A stretch of 64,000 bases of DNA. Source: Planctomycetota bacterium. GTDB lineage: Bacteria > Planctomycetota > GCA-002687715 > CAIWVZ01. Below, piece by piece: positions 28,440 through 37,708 of the stretch. How positions within the stretch are numbered: position 1 is the stretch's first letter; the number at the start of each line of letters is the position of its first letter. A program made the position numbers and the translations under genes. The notes beneath the pieces are model-generated. The model did not search any database. It was not told where the DNA came from and saw only the letters and a list, made by a program, of their open reading frames with translations. The stretch covers positions 1,664,001 through 1,728,000 of the forward strand of contig JBGANV010000001.1 of assembly GCA_044222185.1 (NCBI GenBank), given 5' to 3'.

Positions 28440-29477
28440 ATGAAGCGCGCACTCTCATTGATCGCACTCGTCCTATTCACGCCCGTTCTTGCGCAGGACA
28501 CGCGTCCCGCGGAGACCCGCAAGACGACGCAAGCGATGAGCGACGACGGCACGCTGATCATCCAGTACGGCAGCCCCGCGTGGAAGGACGCCTACACGGC
28601 CATGATCAAGCCGGGAGCCACGTGGCGTCTGGGGAACAACGACCCGACGTCGATCACGCTCGACTGCGGGATCATGACGGCGTCCGGGCCCGTCGTCCCC
28701 GGCTCGTACAAACTCGCCCTCGAATGCACCGACACGGACCAGATGAACCTGCTCGTCTACGAAGGCAATGGGCAGTTCCAGAAAGGTGTCCCCGCTCAGG
28801 CGATCAAGGCGACGGCGGTCAAACACGACCTGAACCCGGTCGCGCCCGCACTCGCGCTGAACGCCGACGGCAAGGCGAAGGCGCTCGTCGTCAACTTCGG
28901 GAACCACTCGGTGACGTTCCCCCTCCAGACGATCAAGCCGAACAAGGCGATCACGACCGAGTTCGCCATGATCGAGTGCACGATCGCGACGCTTGCGCTT
29001 CCGGTCACGGATGCGCCCATGAAGGACGTGCCGGTCGGCCGCGTGACGATCGTCCGCGACGGCCTCACGACGTCGTGGGTCATGAAGCTGACGACGGAAG
29101 GCGACAAGGGAACGCTGACCTTCGTCAACGGGCGCATGGAAGGGATCAAGAACGAGAAGGCCCAGGCCGAACAGCTCATCACGCGCATCAAGGGCATGCT
29201 CGAGAAGAGCCCGGACATGAAGGAACGGTTGACGTCCGTTCTCACCAAGACGGAGGAGAAGAAGAAGGAGCTGGATGAGGAGGCCGCGCAGGTCGGTCGC
29301 CTCCAGCCGTCGAAGAGCTTCGACGCAACCGCCACGGCCCGGAAGGCGCCGGCCGCGACCCTCGATTTCTCCATGGAACGCCCCGCCGGATCCGTCACGT
29401 TCAAGTTCGGCGTGGCTGGCAAGGACTACGCGTTCAGCGTCGTTCCGCGCCAGTTCATGAAGCCGCGGGAAGAGTGA
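28440..29477 (+). CDS. Secreted DUF2911-like domain protein
   Basis: GGAGG RBS, signal peptide (VLA-Q), IQYGSPAWK...WRLGNNDPT...VVPGSYKL; coiled-coil segment in the C-terminal half. Confidence 0.7.
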   Translation: MKRALSLIALVLFTPVLAQDTRPAETRKTTQAMSDDGTLIIQYGSPAWKDAYTAMIKPGATWRLGNNDPTSITLDCGIMTASGPVVPGSYKLALECTDTDQMNLLVYEGNGQFQKGVPAQAIKATAVKHDLNPVAPALALNADGKAKALVVNFGNHSVTFPLQTIKPNKAITTEFAMIECTIATLALPVTDAPMKDVPVGRVTIVRDGLTTSWVMKLTTEGDKGTLTFVNGRMEGIKNEKAQAEQLITRIKGMLEKSPDMKERLTSVLTKTEEKKKELDEEAAQVGRLQPSKSFDATATARKAPAATLDFSMERPAGSVTFKFGVAGKDYAFSVVPRQFMKPREE

Positions 29478-29504
29478 GGAGCGCGCTCGGAGGGCGTCCC
29501 CCCT

Positions 29505-29533
29505 TTGACTTCCCGGGCGGGACGCACTAGCAT
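29505..29533 (+). promoter_or_regulatory. Sigma-70-type promoter of the DUF3465/ATPase cluster
   Basis: TTGACT-17 nt-TAGCAT, 15 nt upstream of ATG 29549. Confidence 0.6.
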
Positions 29534-29548
29534 CTGGGCGCCGTTTCG

Positions 29549-30037
29549 ATGCAGCCCAGCCGCAAAGCTCCCGTCGCACTGATCATCGTCCTCGCTGTGT
29601 TCACCGTCTGGTGGTCGCAGCGAGACGCCGCGAACGCCACGCAGCCGTCCGCGGCCCCGCCGACGAGCCCGCACGTCGCACCGGCTCCCCCGACGACTCC
29701 GTCGACGACGGAGGACCAGGTCGGGATCGCGTTCCGCAAGAAGCAGTCCGACGTCCCCGTCGAGACCTCCGGCCTGGTCGAGCGCACGCTCGCCGACGAC
29801 AGCGAGGGCGACCGCCATCAGCGGTTCATCGTCCGCCTCGCCAGCGGGCAGACCGTCCTGGTCGCGCACAACATCGACCTCGCCAAGCGAGTCCCCGTCC
29901 GCAATGGTTCACCCGTCACGCTTCGCGGCGAGTACGTGTGGAACGAGAGCGGGGGCGTGATTCACTGGACGCACCGCGACCCGCAGGCGCGGCATGCGGA
30001 CGGCTGGATCGACTTCAACGGCATCCGCTACCAGTAG
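29549..30037 (+). CDS. DUF3465 domain protein
   Basis: LADDSEGDRHQRFI, LVAHNIDLA, GEYVWNESGGVIHWTHRDP, GWI...G.RYQ motifs; N-terminal TM. Confidence 0.9.
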   Translation: MQPSRKAPVALIIVLAVFTVWWSQRDAANATQPSAAPPTSPHVAPAPPTTPSTTEDQVGIAFRKKQSDVPVETSGLVERTLADDSEGDRHQRFIVRLASGQTVLVAHNIDLAKRVPVRNGSPVTLRGEYVWNESGGVIHWTHRDPQARHADGWIDFNGIRYQ

Positions 30038-30063
30038 TCGCCCGCCGTCCGGGAACTCGCACC

Positions 30064-32517
30064 ATGCAAGACTTCGAGAAGCTCGGCTCGTTCTATCTGG
30101 GCAAACGCCGTGACCTCGCGACGGATTCGACGACCGAAGACCTGATCCTCTACGACTCGCGTGACCTCGTGACCCACGCCGTGTGCGTCGGCATGACCGG
30201 CAGCGGCAAGACCGGCCTGTGCGTCACGCTGATCGAGGAGGCAGCGATCGACGGAATCCCGTCCATCGTCATCGATCCCAAGGGAGACCTGACGAACCTC
30301 GCACTCCAGTTTCCTGGGCTCGAGCCCAAGGACTTCCTCCCGTGGATCAACGAGGACGACGCACGCCGCAAGGGAATGACGCCGGATCAATTCGCCGAGG
30401 CGCAAGCGGATCTCTGGCAGAAGGGCCTCGCGCGGTGGGAACAGGACGGCGCCCGGATCGAGCGGCTCGTCGCATCCGCGGACGTGGCGATCTACACGCC
30501 CGGAAGCACCGCAGGCATCGGCGTCTCGATCCTGAAGTCGCTCTCCGCGCCCTCGGAGGCCGAGCAGGAGGACACGGAGCTCCTCCGTGAACGCATCGCG
30601 ACGACTGCGAGCAGCATCCTCGCACTCATCGGCGTGGACGCCGACCCCGTCCGCAGCCGAGAGCACATGCTCCTCTCCGCGTTGATCGGCAAGTGCTGGG
30701 CCGACGGCCGCGACCTGGACCTCGCCGCGCTCATCCAGCAGATCCAGGCACCGCCCATCACGCGCATCGGCGTCCTCGAACTCGAGAGCTTCTACCCCGC
30801 CAAGGAGCGCTTCGAACTCGCCATGCGCATGAACGGGCTGCTCGCCGCGCCGGGATTCGCCAGTTGGATGGAAGGTGAGGCTCTCGACATCCAGTCGGTC
30901 CTCTACACGAAGTCCGGCAAACCTCGCGTCGCGATCTTCTCGATCGCCCACCTCGGCGACGCCGAGCGCATGTTCTTCGTTTCGCTGCTGTTCAACCAGA
31001 TCCTCGGATGGGTCCGGCGACAGCCGGGCACTACGAGCCTCCGTGCCCTCGTCTACATGGACGAGATCGCCGGATACTTCCCGCCGGTTGCAAACCCGCC
31101 GTCGAAAGCCCCGATGCTCACGCTGATGAAACAGGCGCGGGCGTTCGGCGTCGGCATGGTCCTCGCGACGCAGAACCCGGTGGACTTGGATTACAAGGGC
31201 CTCGCCAACGCAGGGACGTGGTTCATCGGTCGACTCCAGACCGAGCGGGACAAGGCACGCGTGCTCGACGGCCTCGAAGGGGCTTCGGCGCAAGCCGGGG
31301 GTGGCTTCGATCGCGCGGGGTTTGACGCCACGCTCTCGAGACTCGGGAGTCGCGTGTTCCTCATGAACGACGTTCACGAGGACGCGCCGGTGGTGTTCGA
31401 AACGCGTTGGGCCCTCTCCTACCTGCGCGGTCCCCTCACGCGAAACCAGATCCGCAAGCTCGCGGAGGCGCGCGTGGCCAGCGCGCGGGATCCCATCGGC
31501 GTCGCAGCACCCGCGACGCCCGTCGCGCCGACGCCGGCAACAGGAAGCCGTTCCGCGTCCCCCGCCGCGCGGCCCGTCCTTCCCCCGGAAGTGCCGCAGT
31601 ACTTCGTGCCCTACCGCGGGACGCGTCAGCCCGGTGTCGAGCTCCTCTATCGACCCGCCCTCATCGGATTCGCAAAGGTCGTTTTCGCCGACGCGAAGCT
31701 CGGCGTCGACCAGGAGCAGGTCGTGGCCCGAATGGCCACGTTGGGTTCGGGCCCGGTGCCGGTCGATTGGGACGCGTCAACGACGATCGAGATTGCCGAA
31801 GGAGATCTGGAAGGCGAGCCCCCCGAGGGCTCGGGCTTCGCGGCCCTCCCGCCGGACGCGGGCAAGCCCAAGTCCTACGACGCCTGGAAGAAGGCGTTCG
31901 CGGATGCAGTGTTCCGCGCCAGCGAGCTGACGCTCTGGCGCCAGGCAGCGCTGAAGGTCAGCTCCACGCCCGGCGAGTCGGAACGCGACTTCAAGGCGCG
32001 CGTCCAGCAACTGGCACGGGAGCAGCGCGACCTCGCGGCGGAGAAGCTGCGTCAGAAATACGCTCCGAAGGTGGCGGGCCTGCAGGATCGCATCCGTCGC
32101 GCCGAGCAGGCCGTCGAGGTCCAGGAGTCGCAGGCCCGGACGTCGAAGTGGAGCACGGCGCTGTCATTCGGAACGGCGGTGCTCGGCTCCTTTCTCGGCC
32201 GCAAGTCGTTCGGTGCTGGCGCCGTCAGCAAGGCCGCGACGGCGTTCCGCGGCGTCGGGCGGAGCATGAAGGAGTCGGGTGACGTCGCGCGGGCGACCGA
32301 GAACGTCGAAGCCCTGAAGCAACAGCTCGACCAGCTCAACGCCGATTTCACGGCCGAGGTCGACGCCCTCGCAGGCGGGGCCTCGCAGAACGCCGACGCC
32401 GTCGAGAGCTTCACGCTGCGTCCGAAGAAGGCTGGGATCGTCGTGCGCGCCGTCGTGCTCGCATGGCTGCCCCACTGGCAGACGAACGGCGGTTCGCCCA
32501 CGCCCGCATGGAATTGA
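30064..32517 (+). CDS. HerA/FtsK-superfamily (DUF87/DUF853-like) ATP-binding protein
   Basis: Walker A GMTGSGKT, IDPKGD, Walker B YMDE, KQARAFG...LATQNPVDLDYK; C-terminal coiled coils. Start ATG 30064. Confidence 0.85.
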   Translation: MQDFEKLGSFYLGKRRDLATDSTTEDLILYDSRDLVTHAVCVGMTGSGKTGLCVTLIEEAAIDGIPSIVIDPKGDLTNLALQFPGLEPKDFLPWINEDDARRKGMTPDQFAEAQADLWQKGLARWEQDGARIERLVASADVAIYTPGSTAGIGVSILKSLSAPSEAEQEDTELLRERIATTASSILALIGVDADPVRSREHMLLSALIGKCWADGRDLDLAALIQQIQAPPITRIGVLELESFYPAKERFELAMRMNGLLAAPGFASWMEGEALDIQSVLYTKSGKPRVAIFSIAHLGDAERMFFVSLLFNQILGWVRRQPGTTSLRALVYMDEIAGYFPPVANPPSKAPMLTLMKQARAFGVGMVLATQNPVDLDYKGLANAGTWFIGRLQTERDKARVLDGLEGASAQAGGGFDRAGFDATLSRLGSRVFLMNDVHEDAPVVFETRWALSYLRGPLTRNQIRKLAEARVASARDPIGVAAPATPVAPTPATGSRSASPAARPVLPPEVPQYFVPYRGTRQPGVELLYRPALIGFAKVVFADAKLGVDQEQVVARMATLGSGPVPVDWDASTTIEIAEGDLEGEPPEGSGFAALPPDAGKPKSYDAWKKAFADAVFRASELTLWRQAALKVSSTPGESERDFKARVQQLAREQRDLAAEKLRQKYAPKVAGLQDRIRRAEQAVEVQESQARTSKWSTALSFGTAVLGSFLGRKSFGAGAVSKAATAFRGVGRSMKESGDVARATENVEALKQQLDQLNADFTAEVDALAGGASQNADAVESFTLRPKKAGIVVRAVVLAWLPHWQTNGGSPTPAWN

Positions 32518-32551
32518 AGTTTCCCCGTTCGTTCGAATCCGGAGAGTGATC

Positions 32552-32962
32552 ATGAACGAGTTCATCACGATCGCGGCCCAGCAACTGGGTCTGTCCGAAG
32601 CCGTGTCGACGCAAGCCGCAGGTGGGCTGATCAAGAACATCCAGCAGCACGTGCCCGCGGCGGATTTCACGCAACTCGCAGCCAAGGTCCCCGGCCTCAC
32701 CGACCTCGTGGCGAAGTCGGCGACGGCAACGGGAGGAGGCGGCGGCCTGGGCGGGATGCTCGGAAGTGCTGGGTCGCTCCTCGGCGGGAAACTGGGATCA
32801 CTTGCCGGGTTGGCCGGAACGCTCCAGAGCACGGGTCTTGGCGTCGACAAGATCGGCCCGTTCGCCGGCATGCTGGTCAACTACCTCAAGGGAAAGGCCG
32901 GCGGCGACCTCGTGTCCAAGATCCTCGCCCACGTTCCCGATCTGAAGAAACTCGTCGGTTGA
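32552..32962 (+). CDS. DUF2780/VcgC-like small glycine-rich protein
   Basis: GGAG RBS; QLGLSE..A..GGL...VPG...GGGLGGMLG...LG....I..F...LVNYLK pattern. Confidence 0.7.
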   Translation: MNEFITIAAQQLGLSEAVSTQAAGGLIKNIQQHVPAADFTQLAAKVPGLTDLVAKSATATGGGGGLGGMLGSAGSLLGGKLGSLAGLAGTLQSTGLGVDKIGPFAGMLVNYLKGKAGGDLVSKILAHVPDLKKLVG

Positions 32963-32998
32963 GCACGCCTGCACTGGGAAACACCACGGAGGCCGACC

Positions 32999-33880
32999 AT
33001 GCGCTGGGAAGGTGAACGTCAGAGCGACAACGTCGAAGATCTACGCGGCTCGCCCGCCATGGGCCGAGGCCCGGGGGGCATCCGAGTCGCGGGCATGGGA
33101 GGCCTGGGCGCGATCGTCATCGCCGTGATCGCGATGTTGATGGGCGTCGACCCGTCGAAGCTGCTCTCTGGTGGTGATCCGGGCGGGCCGTCGTCGATCA
33201 CGGATCCGCCGTCGCGAACGTCGAGTGCGGATCAGGATCCACGGGCGACGGCGTTCGTGCGGACCGTCCTCGCATCGACGGAGGACACCTGGACCATGCT
33301 CTTCAGGAACATGGGTGCCCGGTATCAACTCCCCAAGCTGGTGCTGTTCTCCAATGCGGTCGACTCGGCATGCGGGAACGCGAGCGCATCCATGGGTCCC
33401 TTCTATTGTCCCGCGGACCGAAAGGTCTACCTGGATCTCACCTTCTTCGAGGAGTTGAGCCGGAAGTATCAGGCGCCTGGTGATTTCGCCCAGGCGTACG
33501 TCATCGGTCACGAAGTCGGCCACCACGTTCAGAACCTGATGGGGACGTCCGACAAGGTTCACGCGCAGCGGCGGTCACTCTCGGAGGCGCAGTACAACCA
33601 GCTCTCCGTGCGCCTGGAGCTGCAGGCGGACTTCTACGCGGGGGTCTGGGCTCACCACGCGAACAAGACGCGGCAGATCCTGGAGGCGGGAGACGTCGAG
33701 GAAGCGATGACGGCCGCGACGGCGATCGGCGACGACCGTCTTCAGAAGCAGGCGCGCGGTTACGTCGTCCCGGACTCCTTCACGCACGGGACATCCGCCC
33801 AGCGCGTGAGATGGTTCAAGAAGGGGCTGCTCACGGGCGACGTCGCGCAGGGCGACACGTTCTCCGCACGCGACCTCTGA
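32999..33880 (+). CDS. Neutral zinc metallopeptidase (YpfJ family)
   Basis: MRW...RQSDNVED.R, GPFYCPAD.KVYLD, HEVGHHVQ, RLELQAD, IGDDRLQ, PDSFTHG motifs. Confidence 0.93.
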   Translation: MRWEGERQSDNVEDLRGSPAMGRGPGGIRVAGMGGLGAIVIAVIAMLMGVDPSKLLSGGDPGGPSSITDPPSRTSSADQDPRATAFVRTVLASTEDTWTMLFRNMGARYQLPKLVLFSNAVDSACGNASASMGPFYCPADRKVYLDLTFFEELSRKYQAPGDFAQAYVIGHEVGHHVQNLMGTSDKVHAQRRSLSEAQYNQLSVRLELQADFYAGVWAHHANKTRQILEAGDVEEAMTAATAIGDDRLQKQARGYVVPDSFTHGTSAQRVRWFKKGLLTGDVAQGDTFSARDL

Positions 33881-33885
33881 GCGAT

Positions 33886-35181
33886 TCAGGTCGAGCGCTG
33901 CGCGCGCTCAGCCAGATGTCCGAGCGCGAGTTCGAGGTGGCGCACGCGGCGGAGCAGCGTCGGCTCCAGCGACACGACGCGGCGTTCGGCCCGCAGCGCG
34001 GCTTCGTAGTTCGCCAGGTTTGCGGCGCAGTGGTCATCCCAACTGGTGAGGTCGGGGCCGCGTCCCTGCGCCAGGCTCGCGAGCCGACCGCGATCGCAGG
34101 CGAGAAGCCGCAGGGCCGCGCTCCATGCACCCAGGTCCCCGGCCGGCAGGACCCACCCGCGTTCGCCGAGGCGCTCGGGCATCGCGCCGCGGTCGGACAC
34201 GAGCACCGGCAGACCCGCCCGCAGCGCCTCGTCGACCACGAGCGAATACGACTCGGCCGCCAGGCTCGGGAACACGGCCAGGTCGCACTCGGCGGCGATC
34301 GCCTGCAGCCGCGTGGCGTCGTACGGCCCGTATTGCCACACATCACCGAGGTCGAGCCCGGCATCCACCAGCCCACCAGCCAGCCGGAGCTCGATGAGAT
34401 CAGACCCGGGGTCCGCCAGGCGAGCGGCGTCCATCAGGAAGGCGACTCCCTTCAGCCGGCAGAGGTTGCCGAAGTGCAGCACGCGGAGTCGCCCCTCGCG
34501 CGGAGTTCGCGGCCGCGGCCCAACGGCATCCGACCCAAGCGGGACGACCGTGATTTCCGGGCATCCTGGCATCAGCGACGTCAGCGCACGCGCGTGTGAA
34601 CGGCTCGGCGCCATGACGACGGACGCCGCCTCCAGCTCCGCGCAGAATGATCGCAACCGCGTACCGACCCGGAACGCGACCTCCGCCCCGTCGGTTCCGA
34701 AGCGCGTGCCGATGCATGGAGTGCAGTTCGCCTCCGACTGGCCGCGGCGGCACGGCGCCGACTCGGCGTCGACTCGAAAGCAGAGCGCGCAGGTCGTGTA
34801 GAAGTCGTAGAGCGTGACGATCCCACGCGCGCCGAGACGGACGGCCCGCCGGACGAGGTCGTCGCCCAGGTTCAGCCAGTGGTGGACGTGAACGACGTGG
34901 GGCGCGAACGACGCGATCGCGCTTTCGTAGAGCGGAACCAGGTCTGCACGAAACGGATCGACGTGGTCGCGCAATCCCGGCCCGCGGAGGAGTCGGATGA
35001 CGCGGATGCCTTCGTGCTCGGTGTACTCGGAATGCGCCTCGGTCGCAGTCCGCTCGGTGCCACAGAGGACGAGGACATCGTGGCCCGCGCGGCGCTGCCC
35101 CGCAGCACTCCGGCTCACCGTGAGCTCGATCCCCCCTCGAAACTCGGGGAGATAGTTGTGGACGACGTGAGCAATCCTCAT
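33886..35181 (-). CDS. Glycosyltransferase family 4
   Basis: MRIAHVVHNYLP...GGIE, HVHHW, KGV, FPSLAAESYSLVVDEA...GLPVLVSD.GAMPE. Confidence 0.9.
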   Translation of the reverse strand: MRIAHVVHNYLPEFRGGIELTVSRSAAGQRRAGHDVLVLCGTERTATEAHSEYTEHEGIRVIRLLRGPGLRDHVDPFRADLVPLYESAIASFAPHVVHVHHWLNLGDDLVRRAVRLGARGIVTLYDFYTTCALCFRVDAESAPCRRGQSEANCTPCIGTRFGTDGAEVAFRVGTRLRSFCAELEAASVVMAPSRSHARALTSLMPGCPEITVVPLGSDAVGPRPRTPREGRLRVLHFGNLCRLKGVAFLMDAARLADPGSDLIELRLAGGLVDAGLDLGDVWQYGPYDATRLQAIAAECDLAVFPSLAAESYSLVVDEALRAGLPVLVSDRGAMPERLGERGWVLPAGDLGAWSAALRLLACDRGRLASLAQGRGPDLTSWDDHCAANLANYEAALRAERRVVSLEPTLLRRVRHLELALGHLAERAQRST

Positions 35182-35323
35182 GGGCGGTCGCTGACACTAC
35201 GGAACACGCCCGGTGGCGGCTCCGCTGGCGGCGTAACGGATTCGTGGCGGGCCGACACGCGGATGAGCCCGGCCTCCCCGTCGCACGAACGATTCGCGGG
35301 ACTATGATAGTCGCCACCACGTC

Positions 35324-37684
35324 ATGCGCGCCACGCTGGTCTTCCCACCCTCGCTGTGCCTGCCCAATACGCTCTACTTCGCGCTTCCCGTGCTCGCCGG
35401 TGCGCTGAAAAGAGCCGGTCATCAGGCGCGACTGCTCGACCTCAACCTCGTCGCCGCCGACAGATTCCTCACTCCGGAACGCACGGAGTCGTTGATCTCG
35501 CGCGCCCGACGGTACGGGGCGTCGCTCTCGACGAGCGTCGGCCCTTTCGCTGCGCGGACGTTCGCCCGATCCCTGGCGGCCGCCGAAAAAACACTGGTGG
35601 CGGCCCCCACGTCCAAGGCGAATCTGCGCGACACCGCGACCTTCTTCGATGCCGCTGGATTCCACCGCGACTTTTGGACGATCGTCGACGCGCTCGGGTT
35701 CGTCTACCAGCTCGATCCGGTGCTGTCGCCGCACCGACCGGACTTTCTTTCCACACTGCTGAAAAACCAGCACGACGACCCGTGGACCCCGCTGACCGAG
35801 CTTCATGAAGAACTGGTCGACGACGTGATCCGGGGAGATCCTGGGCTCATCGGCATCTGCATCGCCTTCCCGGAACAGTCGGCCGAGGCGATCCGGCTCG
35901 CTCGACACGTCCGCCGACTCCGACCGGACGTGCACATCTGCGTCGGGGGTCCCTTGGTCTCGACGTACGCGAACGCGTGGCTCGGGTCGGGCGAGCTCTT
36001 CCGGTGGGTCGATTCGTTCTGCATGGGCGATGGTGAGGCGTGCATCGTCGAGCTGTGTGACGCCCTCGAAGGTCGCCGCCCGATGGAATCCGTCACGAAC
36101 CTCGTGCGCGCAAACCGCGACGGCGGCGTCGTCATGCCGAGGAACGGCCGCGTCGTCACCCCCATGTCCGAGGTGCCGCTGCCGGACTTCGATTCGTTCG
36201 ACTGGTCCCTGGAGTTCCTGCCCAAACCACTCTGGCCGCTGATGCTGGCGCGAGGCTGCTACTGGGGCCGTTGCACGTTCTGCTCCATCGGATGGCGAGA
36301 GAATTTCCAGAAGGCGCCGAACGACAACGTTCGCCGCGACGTCGTCGACCTGGTCCGCCGGCTGGGCGCTCGCTGGATCCAGGTTCAGGACTCGAGCATG
36401 CCGCCCGCAGCGGCCCTCTCGCTCGCGCGCATCATGAAGCAGGAGCGACTCGAAGCCTATTGGGTCGGAGGCATGAAACCGGACGTGTGCTTCCTGGACG
36501 AGTCCTATTGCCACGAGCTTGCGGCCGGAGGGTGTCGGTCACTGCTCATGGGGATCGAGTCGGTCAATCAGCGCGTGCTCGACCGGATGGACAAGGGTTA
36601 CCGGGTCGCCGACCTCCCCAGAATGCTCACGAACCTCCGGACGGCTGGGATCTCGGTCGAGCCGCTGTGGTTCGTCGGTTTCCCGGGCGAGACGCGCACC
36701 GAGGCCCTGACCACCGTGCGCTGGCTCTACGAGAATCGCTCCCGCTATGGCCTCACGGCGTTCGTCGGCGAATACCTCCTGCACCCCGACACCGCCGTCT
36801 ACGAAGACCCGAAGCGATTCGGACTGGAATTGCACGGCACGCACAACGACACGGTTCACTACACGGCTCGCGAAGGAATGCAGCCCGAGGAACTGCACCG
36901 TCTCGAAGTGATGCTGTCCGGGATGAACAACCGGACCCTGACGTGCAGCGGCTCGCACATGCCCCATCTCGCGGAGCGCGGTCTCGAGGTGCGAGGGATC
37001 GGTCGACCCGCGTCGCTGCCGGAGCCTGCCGTCGCGTTCTGCACCGAGCTCATGCCAGAGAGCGGCGCGCCGCCGGAGTGTTTCACACGCGCTGGCCGCC
37101 AGGCCCTCTTCGTTTCCGACTTCGGCTTCCGTCAGCGACTGGAAGCAGCGTTCCCGGCGATCCGCGACGAATGGGCGGCCGTGCCTCCCGCGCAGCGCGG
37201 CATCTGGACCGAAGAAGGCGCCGCGGACGGCTACTGGGGAACGATCCCCTTGTTCGCGGCTGGACATCGCGTCGCCGCCACCTGCGACCTCGCCCCGACG
37301 ACGGCGGCGATCCTCGCGACGGTGCCTGAGCTCTACACGGCGGGATTCTCGGTCGTGGGTGCGCGCAGTCGGCTCCCGCGGCACTGTGGCGAAGACCGGA
37401 CGCTCCTGCGCTGCCATCTCGCGATCAAGATCCCCGAAGGCTCGCGCTTCGACGTCGACGGCCTGGACGTCCGATGGGTCGAAGGCAAGACGGTGGTCTT
37501 CGACGACACTCTCCCCCACTGGGTGCGCAACGACTCCGATGAAGAGAAAGTCATCCTCCTCGTCGATTTCCGCACGCCGCCCGCCATCGCAGGCGACCGG
37601 ACGCCGTCGCCCGAACAGGTGGCGCGAGATCGCCAGTACTACTCGCGCCTCTTCCCCGAGTGGAACGCCCAGGCGGCCCAGTGA
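35324..37684 (+). CDS. B12-binding radical SAM protein fused to a C-terminal aspartyl/asparaginyl beta-hydroxylase-like (Fe/2OG) domain
   Basis: LVFPP...LAGALK, VGGP, GDGE (B12-binding domain); RGCYWGRCTFC; GIES.NQRVLDRMDKG; GFPGET; then FS...HCG...LRCHL...W.EGK..VFDDT.PH.V.N in the same frame with no stop. Confidence 0.85.
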   Translation: MRATLVFPPSLCLPNTLYFALPVLAGALKRAGHQARLLDLNLVAADRFLTPERTESLISRARRYGASLSTSVGPFAARTFARSLAAAEKTLVAAPTSKANLRDTATFFDAAGFHRDFWTIVDALGFVYQLDPVLSPHRPDFLSTLLKNQHDDPWTPLTELHEELVDDVIRGDPGLIGICIAFPEQSAEAIRLARHVRRLRPDVHICVGGPLVSTYANAWLGSGELFRWVDSFCMGDGEACIVELCDALEGRRPMESVTNLVRANRDGGVVMPRNGRVVTPMSEVPLPDFDSFDWSLEFLPKPLWPLMLARGCYWGRCTFCSIGWRENFQKAPNDNVRRDVVDLVRRLGARWIQVQDSSMPPAAALSLARIMKQERLEAYWVGGMKPDVCFLDESYCHELAAGGCRSLLMGIESVNQRVLDRMDKGYRVADLPRMLTNLRTAGISVEPLWFVGFPGETRTEALTTVRWLYENRSRYGLTAFVGEYLLHPDTAVYEDPKRFGLELHGTHNDTVHYTAREGMQPEELHRLEVMLSGMNNRTLTCSGSHMPHLAERGLEVRGIGRPASLPEPAVAFCTELMPESGAPPECFTRAGRQALFVSDFGFRQRLEAAFPAIRDEWAAVPPAQRGIWTEEGAADGYWGTIPLFAAGHRVAATCDLAPTTAAILATVPELYTAGFSVVGARSRLPRHCGEDRTLLRCHLAIKIPEGSRFDVDGLDVRWVEGKTVVFDDTLPHWVRNDSDEEKVILLVDFRTPPAIAGDRTPSPEQVARDRQYYSRLFPEWNAQAAQ

Positions 37685-37708
37685 CGCGGCCGACCGGGCG
37701 CAGTCAGC

